A stretch of 64,000 nt of DNA from Candidatus Latescibacterota bacterium (GCA_965116875.1 OZ220733.1:3712001-3776000); one strand, 5' to 3'; positions 1-10,098 are shown, numbered from the stretch's first letter. Numbers and translations: made by a program. Notes: generated by a model from the letters alone, not told the origin.

Positions 1-120
1 CACCTGTGGGGCTATCGCAAGGTCAGATACCGGGGCCTTGCCAAGAACACGGCCCACCTCTTCACTCTGTTCGCCCTGGCCAACTTCTATCTCGTCCGGA
101 GAGAACTGGCCACCGCTTAG
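1..120 (+). CDS. IS5-family DDE transposase, C-terminal fragment (partial at window edge)
   Basis: Manual translation HLWGYRKVRYRGLAKNTAHLFTLFALANFYLVRRELATA*, matching the IS5 C-terminal motif GYxKVRYRGLxKN; not in the ORF track. Confidence 0.9.
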   Translation, partial: HLWGYRKVRYRGLAKNTAHLFTLFALANFYLVRRELATA

Positions 121-293
121 GGATAAGCCCGTCCGGATCGGGCGGGTGGGGGCACAAACCCCGGGACGGGGCGCATCCCACCCTCGAATAGCCCCCACAA
201 CCATCCAAAACCTCGTCCTTTTCAACATAAACGTCCTCTCAACACTTTCATATCGCACTACGACCTCGTATAACCAGGTTGATCAGACCTTCC
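1..293 (+). mobile_element. Right end of an IS5-family (IS5 subgroup) insertion sequence
   Basis: Transposase C-terminus in frame 1, and a terminal inverted repeat TTGATCAGACCTTCC at 279-293 (reverse complement GGAAGGTCTGATCAA, similar to the IS5 end GGAAGGTGCGAA), followed by GTAA. Confidence 0.85.
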
Positions 294-1958
294 GTAATTG
301 ATGAAGTCGTGGAGCACAAGGACTATTCAGTTGATGCATCTTTGTCAGTTGCTCTTATCGTGGGGATGATTGCCTTTGTTACATGCAATCTTCTGATGGA
401 CTCCATCGAGACGATTCAGGGATTCCGAGTGGGAATTTTTGGGCGTGTTGTCGAGGGCAGAATAAAGGAGAGGGTATATCATAAGATCGCAATGTTTAAC
501 GATATAGCACTTTTTGAGACACCCGAGCTATTGAACGAACTCGAGCTTGCGCTTCGCGGAGTTGGTAGACTAAGGAGTCTTACCGCCGTAGTTGGGAATC
601 TTTTGATCGGAACGTTCATCGTGATTCCTGTATTGGTTCTGTCAGCTTCGATCGAGTGGTGGGTTCCGATCGTGATTTTCGGCCTGATGGTGCCGTCTGT
701 TTGTGTTCAGCTCTATTACGAACAAAAGGCGTGGAACGTAGAGGCACGACAAGCAAGTCTTCAAAGGCAGGTCGGGATCTTCGAAAGGATCCTGACTTCG
801 AAGGAATTCGCAAAGGAGCTTCGGTTGTTCGGGATCCAGTCGTTGATCCTCGATCGTTGGAAGGATAAGTTCTGGTCTATCTTCAGAGAAAGCTACGAGG
901 TGACGAAGCGTGGAACTTATCAGATTCTATTTTGGTCGCTACTCAGCGGTATCGGAGTAGGTGCGCCGTTCGTGTACGTTGTTCTCGCAGTCTTGGATGG
1001 GCGTTTTTCGGTCGGCGATTTGGCGCTCTACGTTGGTCTTGTGTACCAGGTACAGCGCAGCATCTTCATCCTGGTCAGCAATGCGTCCAGGCTTCGGACT
1101 GTTGGGTTAGCTACCGGGCCTATCTTTCGCATTCTCAATCTTGAACCGGAACTGAAGGATCAAGGCGGAGAAGTCGTTGAACGAGATGAAACAGCCATTG
1201 ACATTGACGGACTGTCCTTCTCGTATCCCGGTGAGACTCGTCTTGTACTGAAAGACATTAATCTGAGAATTCGAGACGGGGAGACAGTTGCAATTGTTGG
1301 AGAGAACGGAGCAGGAAAAACCACGCTTGTAAAGTTGCTATGTCGGCTCTTCGACCCTGTGAAGGGATCAATTACCTGGAATGGTATGGATATCAGGGAA
1401 ATTGGCTTAGCGGATCTAAGACGAAGAATCGGTACGGTGATGCAGGACTTCGCGCGGTTTCCGCTTTCGGGGGCAGAGAACATTGGCATCGGGTCAATTG
1501 ACAACCTGTGTGATCGGGATGCCATTGAAGCCGCAGCCACCGGTGCCGGACTTCGTGAGGTCCTTAAGACGCGGCCAGAATTTATGGACAAGCACTTAAC
1601 AAGGGAACTCGATGACGGTATTGAACTATCTGGGGGGGAGTGGCAGCGGGTAGCACTTGCTCGAGCCTTCATGAGGCTGTCGCGATGCAGCCTGGTAATC
1701 CTGGACGAGCCTACTGCGGCCCTGGATCCGAAAACGGAGTATGAAATACACTCCCTTCTGGCAGACATTGCTAAGGACAAAACTTCCGTGATTATTACAC
1801 ATCGGCTTTCCCTGGCTCGAATTTCTGACAGGATCGTTGTTCTTGAAGATGGTAGAGTCGCGGAGGAGGGCACGCATGAGGAGTTGATGTCGATCAAGGG
1901 CGTGTATTCATCAATGTTCACGCGGCAAGCAATTCGTTACACGGATAATCAGGCATAG
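294..1958 (+). pseudogene. ABC exporter (TMD+NBD half transporter) whose 5' end is interrupted by the IS5 element
   Basis: Walker A GENGAGKT, signature LSGGEWQ, Walker B ILDEPT, H-switch THRL. The track's TTG start (279) lies inside the IS inverted repeat, and the protein starts at VIDEVV, after where the first TM helix would normally be. Confidence 0.75.
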
Positions 1959-2145
1959 TTATGAGTAAATCAAGCTCATCCATCTTTCGGCTCTCCTTCG
2001 CCCTCTACATTCCTCTCTAATTCTTAAGGGTAATTGTCTCATTAATATAGGCACAGACGGCAATGGCGAGAGCGTAGAAGCGCCGAACAAAGTTGGGCTT
2101 CCCTTGCATGCTGCGAACCAAACGCAGGCGAGATCATCGGCCGCA

Positions 2146-3948
2146 CTAACGATACCACTCCGCCTGATTCCGGTACAGTTCAGCGTACTGACCGTTCAGC
2201 TCCAGGAGCTCCCGATGACTCCCTTCCTCGACCAGACGACCATCTCCCAATAACAGGATCCGGTCGGCCAGTCTGCAGGAGCCCAGCCGATGAGAAATCA
2301 GGAGGACAGTTCGATTCCTGGCAATCCGGGCGAAATGATCGTACACATCCGCCTCGGCCCTGGCGTCGAGAGCGGAGGCTGGTTCGTCGAGGACCAGGAT
2401 TTCCGCCGGACGCATATATGCCCGCGCGATAGCGAGCTTCTGCCATTGGCCGATGGAAAGTTCGGTACCTTCTCGATATGTCTTTCCGAGCGGGGTTTCC
2501 AATCCGTTAGACAGGGTTTCAGCCACCTGGTCGGCGCCACTTTTCGCGGCCGCTTCCTCAACCGCCCCTGATTCGCCGTCCATCCATCCGCAGGCGATAT
2601 TCTCCCTTATTGTAAGTTCATAACGGTTGTAATCCTGAAAAACCACGCCCGTGCGCCGGAGCCATTCGTCCGGAGCGACTTCCCGGATATCGACGCCATC
2701 TACCAGAATCCGTCCGTCTGTTGGAACGAAAAGGCCCAGAATCAGCTTCACGAGTGTACTCTTGCCAGCCCCGTTCTCGCCAACGACTGCAACGCGTTCA
2801 CCCGGTCGAATATTGAGATTGAGGTTGGAAAGCGCCGGCAGATCGCTTCCAGGGTAAACGAACGAGACGTCCTGGAAGAAGATCCCCGTCTGCAGGGGCT
2901 TCGATAGAGGACGACTCTTTGCAGACCCGCCGGATGGCCGGTCAACAAACCCGAAGTAGTCCTGTACATAACGCAGGTCATCGTAAATGATTGAAGCGCC
3001 CCAGACGAGGCTCCGATAGTGTCCCTGAAGCTGTTCGATAGCATAGAAGAAGGAGGCATACGCCCCAATCGTTGCCCTTCCTGCGAAAAGGATTCCCAGG
3101 CTGAAGGTTATCGCGGCGATATTGGTCAACGTGTTCAAACCATCCGATATGAGACCGAGTCCAGCCTCCTTCTTCGCAACACCCATGCGCTTACGGGAGA
3201 TTTTACTCCACAACGCGTCGGCACGATCGATGAGCCAGGGGCCAAAGCCGAACATTCGGATTTCGGCGGCTGCCTGCCGGCCGGACAGTATTTCGTGGTA
3301 GGTGTCAAACCGCCGCTCGTCGTGGGTCAGATCTCTCACAACACGGTAACGCGATCTGTTAACGCGTTCACGAAGGAATACGCCCGGAGTCGTGCCAATG
3401 ACAAGGATCAGCGGTAGCGCCCAGTGGAAACTTGCGAGGTAAAGCAGGAGAGACGCAAGCGCCACGACGTCACTCACGCTTCGCCACATGATGGACATTG
3501 TGCTAAAGAGCCGCCGCTCGATGCCGCGCCGTGCGCGCTGAAGCTGATCGTGGAATGTCGCCGTTTCCAGTTGCGCCAGGGGGAGTGTCTGAACTTTCCG
3601 ATAGCATTGTTCCTCGATATGGCCGCGGAGACGTTTTTGAAAGCGATCCGCTGTAGTATTGGAGACCAGATTTATGCCGTGTTGGAGCAGGTTGAACCCT
3701 ATAAGAGCTACGGCCCACAGGATGGCCTCGGCAAATTGGACGTCGCCTCTTACGACCGCCGCCGAGGCCTCAATGAACCGATATAGAAGATATACTTGCG
3801 CTGTAACGAACAGTCCCTTTGTGCCATTGAGAACCATGAGGCTGATCGCGGCCCTGCTGTCGAATTCGTAGAGTGTCCGAATCAACCGTCGCAGGGAGTC
3901 CAGGCGCCGCCGTTTCTGACTTCTCGATTCTGTTGTACGCGCTGTCAT
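2146..3948 (-). CDS. ABC exporter ATP-binding/permease half transporter
   Basis: N-terminal TM helices, GENGAGKS, LSIGQWQ, VLDEP, SHRL; start overlaps the upstream stop (ATGA). Confidence 0.92.
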   Translation of the reverse strand: MTARTTESRSQKRRRLDSLRRLIRTLYEFDSRAAISLMVLNGTKGLFVTAQVYLLYRFIEASAAVVRGDVQFAEAILWAVALIGFNLLQHGINLVSNTTADRFQKRLRGHIEEQCYRKVQTLPLAQLETATFHDQLQRARRGIERRLFSTMSIMWRSVSDVVALASLLLYLASFHWALPLILVIGTTPGVFLRERVNRSRYRVVRDLTHDERRFDTYHEILSGRQAAAEIRMFGFGPWLIDRADALWSKISRKRMGVAKKEAGLGLISDGLNTLTNIAAITFSLGILFAGRATIGAYASFFYAIEQLQGHYRSLVWGASIIYDDLRYVQDYFGFVDRPSGGSAKSRPLSKPLQTGIFFQDVSFVYPGSDLPALSNLNLNIRPGERVAVVGENGAGKSTLVKLILGLFVPTDGRILVDGVDIREVAPDEWLRRTGVVFQDYNRYELTIRENIACGWMDGESGAVEEAAAKSGADQVAETLSNGLETPLGKTYREGTELSIGQWQKLAIARAYMRPAEILVLDEPASALDARAEADVYDHFARIARNRTVLLISHRLGSCRLADRILLLGDGRLVEEGSHRELLELNGQYAELYRNQAEWYR

Positions 3949-5816
3949 TCCACGTTGCCTGCATCTTCCTCAGTATACCATTTCGCCTGAAGGTTGTACA
4001 TCCGGGCGTATTCGCCGTGTGCCTCGAGCAATGCCCGGTGTGATCCCTCCTCGACAAGGCGACCTTCCGTCATGACAAGGATTCGGTTCGCCATCCGAGC
4101 CGATCCCAATCGGTGCGAGATGAAGACGGTACATCGTCCGTCAACTACAGATCCGAACTGTCGATATACCTGTACCTCGGTCTTTGGGTCCATTGCAGAC
4201 GTCGGCTCATCCAGGACGACAATTTCGCGGTTTTTTCGAACGAACGCGCGAGCCATCGCCAATCGTTGCCATTGGCCTGTCGAGAGTTCGACTCCGCCTT
4301 CGAATTCCTTGCTCAATACGGTCCGGAACTTTGACGGCAGTTCTCGCACAAAGCCGTGAGCGGCACTCCTGCGCGCCGCTTCCACGATTTCGGAAGCTAC
4401 GGCGTTGTCTCGGTCTCCTTCTTTCAGCAGCGAAATCCGCCCGACACCGATGTTTTCATGAACCGTAAGGGGATAACGCATGAAATCCTGAAACACCGCC
4501 GTCGCCGTCAGGCGCCACGCCGCCGGATCCAATTCGGCGAGATCGACTCCGTCAACGGTGATCCGGCCTTGTGTCGGCTGGTATAGTCCGAGCAACAATC
4601 GGACTACAGTACTCTTGCCCGCGCCGTTTTCCCCTACAAGGGCGACCCTGTCTCCCGGCGATAGTGTTAAATTGAGATCGGTGATCACCGGTCGGGCCGA
4701 ACCCGGATAACGAAAACTCACCCCGTGAAAACGAACTCCGTGAATTAGTGATCGAGGTGGCCGCAGTTTGTTACCGGGGTCCGCAACTTCATCGGCCAGA
4801 TCGAGAAACTCGCGCAGGTGCCGCAGCTGCATCAGATGTTCCACCAACTGAGAAACGCAGAATGAAGCCGAACGCACCAATTCGCTGAAGCGGCCGCTGG
4901 CATAGAGTAATGCCACCAGAGTTCCTACTGTTATTGTTCCCCTCGAAGCCACGATCACGAGCGCCAGACTGTTCGACCATATGATGAGGTCTTGTGCGCA
5001 TCCACTCAACAGCTGCGCGACGGCCAGCCGAGAACGGGCATTCTTGATATCAGCAACGTAACGGTCAAAGGCACGCCGCCAGAACCCCAACAGATATTCG
5101 CCCAACTGATACGCCCTGATTTCGGCCGCATCACGGCGGCTGGAAAGAAGCGCGGCCCAATAGTCGATTTCCTGTCGTTGAGGCGAACTCTTGTAGTTGA
5201 CTCTGACGAACTGTCCCGCGTTCCTCGCGCCGATGATCGTATTGGCGATCACTGTAACGACAAGGACAGCGGCCAGGGCCCAGTGCGCGTTTACGAATAG
5301 TACCAGCAAGCCTGCTACACTGACGGCAATCGATACAAGAGAACCGAACTCATTCAGGACGTCGACGAGATTCGGACCAGTCGCCCGCTTTCCCGTTTCC
5401 AGCTTGTCATAATACGTTCGGCTCTCGAACAAACTCAGTGGAACGCTTACCGACTTACTGGCTACGTCACGTTGAATTCTGCCACCGATCCGTTGATAAA
5501 TCAAGGACGCGAGATACCTTGAGCTTTCCGAGTTAAGGCTCCTCGCAAGCAAAGCAGCGGAGAACGCGGCAAGCCACGGCAGGACTCCAGGCCACCCCCC
5601 TTCCGGACCGTCGGTGATGACATCGACAAGCCCGGTCATCGCCCATACGATGGCCGGTGTGGCGAATCCGGACACCAGGTTACCCAGAACGAGCAACGTG
5701 GACTCAAATGGCGCGTTCCGCCAGAGTATCCCGATCAGGTAGCCGAGGCCGTTAAACCGGGTCCGCAGCCGTACCAGGCCGGTGGCTCCATTTCGATCAC
5801 GTTTTGAGTTGAACAT
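3945..5816 (-). CDS. ABC exporter ATP-binding/permease half transporter (probable heterodimer partner of 2146-3948)
   Basis: TM domain plus GENGAGKS, LSTGQWQ, VLDEPT, SHRL; start placed at ATG 5816 (MFNSKR), the track extends it to 5963. Confidence 0.9.
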   Translation of the reverse strand: MFNSKRDRNGATGLVRLRTRFNGLGYLIGILWRNAPFESTLLVLGNLVSGFATPAIVWAMTGLVDVITDGPEGGWPGVLPWLAAFSAALLARSLNSESSRYLASLIYQRIGGRIQRDVASKSVSVPLSLFESRTYYDKLETGKRATGPNLVDVLNEFGSLVSIAVSVAGLLVLFVNAHWALAAVLVVTVIANTIIGARNAGQFVRVNYKSSPQRQEIDYWAALLSSRRDAAEIRAYQLGEYLLGFWRRAFDRYVADIKNARSRLAVAQLLSGCAQDLIIWSNSLALVIVASRGTITVGTLVALLYASGRFSELVRSASFCVSQLVEHLMQLRHLREFLDLADEVADPGNKLRPPRSLIHGVRFHGVSFRYPGSARPVITDLNLTLSPGDRVALVGENGAGKSTVVRLLLGLYQPTQGRITVDGVDLAELDPAAWRLTATAVFQDFMRYPLTVHENIGVGRISLLKEGDRDNAVASEIVEAARRSAAHGFVRELPSKFRTVLSKEFEGGVELSTGQWQRLAMARAFVRKNREIVVLDEPTSAMDPKTEVQVYRQFGSVVDGRCTVFISHRLGSARMANRILVMTEGRLVEEGSHRALLEAHGEYARMYNLQAKWYTEEDAGNVE

Positions 5817-6110
5817 TACGAGCCTCGAGCAGCGACCCGGATCAGTCCTGGATCGGCTGACCGGCGACTTAAGGGCCTTTCCAACCTGATTTTTCGTATC
5901 CGTCCAACGGAATACGACCTGGAGGTATAGTTGTAGACGTTTGTCGGGTGTCGCTATCGACAACCGTATCGGTAGGGGTTGGTACCGTCAGCCCGGGAGC
6001 TTACGTCTTCAGGTGTTCGTTTCTTGATGAAGAATCGAGGCGGGACGAGGGGCGGGATCGGCAGGCTCAGAGTACAACTTATTGATATTTAACCAGATAT
6101 GCGAAAAAAC

Positions 6111-6185
6111 TGGTGACCCCGAGGGGAGTCGAACCCCCGTTGCCGGGTTGAAAACCCGGTGTCCTAACCACTGAACGACGGGGTC
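6111..6185 (-). tRNA. tRNA-Glu(TTC)
   Basis: Cloverleaf GACCCCG...CGGGGTC-ACCA, anticodon arm CCGGG-TTTTCAA-CCCGG, T-loop GTTCGAC, encoded CCA. Confidence 0.97.
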
Positions 6186-6203
6186 ACCTGAATCGAAGGA
6201 CGG

Positions 6204-6232
6204 AATTTATAGAAATCACCCTTCGCTGTCAA
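6204..6232 (-). promoter_or_regulatory. sigma-70-type promoter for tRNA-Glu
   Basis: TTGACA-N17-TAAATT on the minus strand just upstream of the tRNA. Confidence 0.7.
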
Positions 6233-6287
6233 GTCAATCATCACAAAAACAGTGGATTGGGACGCGGCATGTTTCACGGGAATAAGC

Positions 6288-6317
6288 TTGACATTTCCGA
6301 GTGATTTTTGTTAATTT
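6288..6317 (+). promoter_or_regulatory. sigma-70-type promoter for tRNA-Val
   Basis: TTGACA at 6288 followed by TTAATT/TAATTT at 17-18 bp spacing. Confidence 0.55.
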
Positions 6318-6420
6318 TGTAGTCTTGAAATTCCTCTGATTGCCGGTTTTCTGAACGACGATTTCGCCTGACTCGAGAATAGGGAATGCCCGTCACGTGA
6401 ACCGTCTTGTTCCTTCAGGT

Positions 6421-6497
6421 GGGCGATTAGCTCAGATGGTTAGAGCGCTGGTTTCACATACCAGAGGTCACTGGTTCGAGTCCAGTATCGCCCACCA
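6421..6497 (+). tRNA. tRNA-Val(CAC)
   Basis: GGGCGAT acceptor stem, anticodon arm CTGGT-TTCACAT-ACCAG, GTTCGAG T-loop, CCA end. Confidence 0.97.
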
Positions 6498-6560
6498 CAA
6501 TCCGAAAAGCGAGGTGGCCTGGGCCTGTCCGCAGGTGGACCGGTACGGTCGGCAAACGTC

Positions 6561-6597
6561 AGGGTGCATCCTTTGATCGGATGCGCCCTTCTTTTTT
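6561..6597 (+). terminator. Rho-independent terminator after tRNA-Val
   Basis: AGGGTGCATCC/GGATGCGCCCT stem followed by TCTTTTTT. Confidence 0.7.
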
Positions 6598-6608
6598 GGA
6601 GAGCCTGT

Positions 6609-7322
6609 ATGAAAGACAGCCTGTTTAAACTTTTGAACCTGCAGCGAATCGATACGGAACTGGACAAGCTCAAAAAGGTACAGACGGATTATCCCGAAGC
6701 AATCTCCGATTTGCGGGAAAAGCTGGAAACCGCGAAACAGGCGGTTGACGAAAAGAAGCAGCAGGCGCTCGATCTGGAGAAGAACCGCCGCCAGTTGGAG
6801 GGTGAGCTCGAGACCATACAGGCGGACCTGAAGAAGCACCAGGACCGCCTCTACGAAGTCAAGACAAACCGCGAGTACGATGCATTGCAGATAGAGATCG
6901 AAGTCCTGAGGACCCGGGCCGACGAGAACGAAACGATCATCCTCGAGGGAATCGAGCAACACGATGAGCTGAAGACCATGCTGGAGGAAGAGGAGCGTGC
7001 ATACGAGGCGCTTCAAGCCGATTATCTGGGTCAGATTCAGGAACTGCAGAATCGGCTGGATCTGGTGGACGGGGAGGCCAGCGGCTGGCGTGAAGAACGT
7101 ACGGTTGCGGAAGAACTGGTTGACAGACCGGTCCTGTCCAACTACGACCGCATCCGCCGCGTCGTAAAGGACGGCATTGCCGTGGTGCCGATCGGCAAGG
7201 GGTCCTGCGGCGGATGTTTCAGGCAGTTGCCACCCCAGCGGCGCGTGGAAGTCAGGCGCCAGGACCGGATTATCCGCTGCGAAAACTGCGGCCGGATCCT
7301 GGTCTGGCGGGAAGAGGCCTGA
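6609..7322 (+). CDS. Coiled-coil protein with C4-type zinc ribbon (DUF164/CT398-like)
   Basis: LQRIDTELD N-terminus, long coiled coil, KTNREYDAL, CGGC...CENCGRIL. Confidence 0.9.
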   Translation: MKDSLFKLLNLQRIDTELDKLKKVQTDYPEAISDLREKLETAKQAVDEKKQQALDLEKNRRQLEGELETIQADLKKHQDRLYEVKTNREYDALQIEIEVLRTRADENETIILEGIEQHDELKTMLEEEERAYEALQADYLGQIQELQNRLDLVDGEASGWREERTVAEELVDRPVLSNYDRIRRVVKDGIAVVPIGKGSCGGCFRQLPPQRRVEVRRQDRIIRCENCGRILVWREEA

Positions 7323-7323
7323 C

Positions 7324-7746
7324 GTGGCCGATAACGAAGCGATAACGGTCTACGTAGACGGCGCGGCGAAGGGCAATCCCGGTCCGGCGGGCATCGGCGT
7401 GCGGTTGGAACTCAAAGGCGTGGTTCTGTCGGAACATTCGGAATACATCGGCAAGGCCACCAACAACGTCGCGGAATACAAGGCGCTCATCTACGGATTG
7501 GAAATCGCCCGAAGATATCGCATAACACGTGTCAGCGTCATATCGGACAGCGAACTGATGGTCCGGCAGTTGAACGGCAAATATAAGGTCAAGAACGAGA
7601 AACTGTTGCCGCTGTACACATTCGTCCGTGAACTCGCGGACACGTTTGAGGAATTCCGGATTCGCCACGTCTCGCGGACGGAGAACCAGCACGCGGACCG
7701 CCTCGCGAATCAGGGAATCAAGGACGGTTTGAAACGCAAATCGTGA
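7324..7746 (+). CDS. rnhA: Ribonuclease HI family protein
   Basis: YVDGAAKGNPGPAG, TNNVAEY, SDSELMVRQ, N..ADRLAN; GTG start at 7324. Confidence 0.9.
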   Translation: MADNEAITVYVDGAAKGNPGPAGIGVRLELKGVVLSEHSEYIGKATNNVAEYKALIYGLEIARRYRITRVSVISDSELMVRQLNGKYKVKNEKLLPLYTFVRELADTFEEFRIRHVSRTENQHADRLANQGIKDGLKRKS

Positions 7747-7774
7747 GCCGTCTCCGGTTCACGAGCCGAGATAT

Positions 7775-8169
7775 AGGCAAGCGGGCCGGATGGCCGCGCC
7801 CGTATCAGTCCGCTGGTATGGGTGAGGAAAGTCCGAGCTCCACAGGGCAGGATGCTGGGTAACTCCCAGTCGGGGCAACCCGAAGGAAAGTGCCACAGAG
7901 AACAGACCGCCAGCGGGCGAAACCACGGTTTCGTTGCGGGCAAGGGTGAAACGGCGGGGTAAGAGCCCACCGCGTTCCCGGAGACGGGAGCGGCACGGTA
8001 AACCCCATCCGGAGCAAGGCCAAATAGGAGCGGAGAGGCGGCCCGTCTCGTGATCACGCTCGGGTAGGCTGCGTTGAGGCGCCGGGCAACCGGCGTCCCA
8101 GATAAATGGCCATCCGTCCGGCGCGTTTCGCGCCGGACGACAGAACTCGGCTTACAGGCCCGCTTGCCT
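7775..8169 (+). ncRNA. rnpB: RNase P RNA (bacterial type A)
   Basis: GAGGAAAGTCCGAGCTC, AAGTGCCACAGA, GGTAAACCCC, ACAGAACTCGGCTTA motifs; P1 helix AGGCAAGCGGGCC/GGCCCGCTTGCCT. Confidence 0.97.
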
Positions 8170-8197
8170 GAATTTCAGTCCCGTACGGGAGCGACGG

Positions 8198-9022
8198 TTG
8201 AGTTTTCTCGAGAAATATCGCCGCGCCGCAAACGCTCGGAACAGCCTGCTATGCGTGGGCCTGGATCCCGATCCGGAGCGAGTGCCCGTCCACCTCAGAG
8301 GGACCGGCGATCCGGTGTCATCCTTTCTCAAGGACGTCGTCTCGGCCACGAGCGACCTTGTCTGCGCCTACAAACCCAACTTCGCGTTTTTCGGCGCGCT
8401 GGGCGCGGCCGGGTGGAGGAGCCTCGAGGACGTTCTCGGCGCCATTCCGGATGACACACCCGTTGTACTCGACTTCAAAGCCAACGACATCGGCAACAGC
8501 GCACGCCGATACGCGCAGATGGCATACGATGTGCTGGGCGCGGACGCGGTCACCGCGAATCCGCTCATGGGCACGGACGCGGTGGCCCCCTTTCTGGAAT
8601 ACCCGGACGGCTGCGCATTCCTGCTCTGTCTCACGTCCAACCCGGGCTCGGCGGACTTCCAGCGGCTCTCCACGAAGGAAGGTCCATTCTATCAACATGT
8701 TGCCAGGAAAGCGGTGGAATGGTCCGATACGGGTCCGTGCGGCCTGGTGGTCGGCGCAACTCACGCTCGTGAACTCGCGACGGTCAGGAGAATCGCGCCG
8801 GGACTTCCTTTCCTGGTCCCCGGCGTGGGCGCCCAGATGGGCGATCCCGCCGACGTAATCCGCTACGGCTGTGACGGGAACGGCGGGGGGCTGCTTGTCA
8901 ACGCGTCAAGGAACGTACTCTACGCCTCCTCCGGCCGGGACTTCGCCGATGCCGCACGGCGCGCCGCCGAATCGCTTCGCGCCGAACTGGAACGGGAGCG
9001 TGCCGCTTCGTTGAACACATAA
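8198..9022 (+). CDS. pyrF: Orotidine-5'-phosphate decarboxylase (long subfamily)
   Basis: LCVGLDP, YKPNFAFF, DFKANDIGNS, TSNPGS, VVGAT, LVPGVGAQ. Confidence 0.93.
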   Translation: MSFLEKYRRAANARNSLLCVGLDPDPERVPVHLRGTGDPVSSFLKDVVSATSDLVCAYKPNFAFFGALGAAGWRSLEDVLGAIPDDTPVVLDFKANDIGNSARRYAQMAYDVLGADAVTANPLMGTDAVAPFLEYPDGCAFLLCLTSNPGSADFQRLSTKEGPFYQHVARKAVEWSDTGPCGLVVGATHARELATVRRIAPGLPFLVPGVGAQMGDPADVIRYGCDGNGGGLLVNASRNVLYASSGRDFADAARRAAESLRAELERERAASLNT

Positions 9023-9092
9023 TAGCAGCCCGGATGGACTTTTTCAACGGGCTGATAGGACGAAGGCCTCTTCGATTTCGGGAGACATTGTG

Positions 9093-9908
9093 ATGGCGTC
9101 CGGGAAATTAACCGGTGAGCAGAAACAACAGTGGGCCATTGACGGATATATCCTGCTCAAAGGTGTCCTCTCCGCCGAGGAGTCCGGAGAGCTGAGGCGT
9201 GAGGTGGACCGGCTGCACAGGCGATTTGTCCTCAACAAGGCTGACGCAGACCTCAAATCGGGTCTGGACCGAAGAAACATCCTGCCGGACAGCGACGCCT
9301 TTATCCATCTGATGGACCATCCTGCCGTGTTCGACGTCATTCTGCAACTGATGGGCCCGTATATCCAGCTGAGCATGGCCGAAGCGGTTGTGCGACCACC
9401 CAATCCGGGCTATAAGGGATTCATCCATACGGACGGAGGCCAGGCCCTGCGGCACATCCGCGTGACCGAAACGAGCTGGCCGCTTCAGATCAAAATACAG
9501 TACTTTCTCACTGACGTCGGCAAGCCCGACCGCGGCAACTTCACCGTTTTTCCGGGCAGCCACCTGCGACCGTATCCGGAGGGCGACACGCCCATAACGG
9601 CGCAGACGCCGGGCGCCGTGCAACTTTGCGCAAAAGCCGGAGACGCGGCTGTCTTTTCCCATGCGCTGTGGCACGGCGTTTCCACCAACCTCTCGAGACG
9701 GTCCCGGAAGACCCTCATCTACTGTTACAGCCAGCAGTGTTTCCGGACCTTTGACTTTAACGGCCATGCTCCGGAAGTTCTGGCGAAATGCACCCCCAGA
9801 CAGCGCCGCCTCCTGGGAGACCTGGGCGGAGACTGGCGCCCGGGCGCCTACTTCTACAGTCCGGAAGACCAGGTTGAGATCATCGAACAGAGGTCTGAAG
9901 TCGCCTGA
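9093..9908 (+). CDS. Phytanoyl-CoA dioxygenase (PhyH) family Fe(II)/2-oxoglutarate dioxygenase
   Basis: DGY N-terminal motif, HTD iron ligands, PGSH, distal WHG..N...R. Confidence 0.88.
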   Translation: MASGKLTGEQKQQWAIDGYILLKGVLSAEESGELRREVDRLHRRFVLNKADADLKSGLDRRNILPDSDAFIHLMDHPAVFDVILQLMGPYIQLSMAEAVVRPPNPGYKGFIHTDGGQALRHIRVTETSWPLQIKIQYFLTDVGKPDRGNFTVFPGSHLRPYPEGDTPITAQTPGAVQLCAKAGDAAVFSHALWHGVSTNLSRRSRKTLIYCYSQQCFRTFDFNGHAPEVLAKCTPRQRRLLGDLGGDWRPGAYFYSPEDQVEIIEQRSEVA

Positions 9909-10098
9909 ACGTCATTCCGCGCGCGTGTTCCGCAACCGCACCGTCTCCCGCCCGCTTCGTTCCGTAATCTCCGCTTCAAAGCCGGTCTTCAGCAGTGCAC
10001 GCGTCCGATCGTATCGCGGCCGGATCGCGGCGCCTCAAGCCCTGATAGCCAGATCCTCCGCGCCATCCGTGACCGCCAGCCGATAGAGATGAGCAGAG

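Noticed and set aside
6-301. ORFs 6-191 and 38-301 from the track
   Set aside because: They are out of frame with the real transposase tail (frame 1) and run through the IS non-coding end
1961-2020. 19-codon ORF MSKSSSSIFRLSFALYIPL after the first ABC gene, considered as a RiPP precursor
   Set aside because: No RBS, no recognisable leader or core motif; too short to support
7710-8057. Minus-strand ORFs over 7710-8057
   Set aside because: Antisense shadows of rnpB
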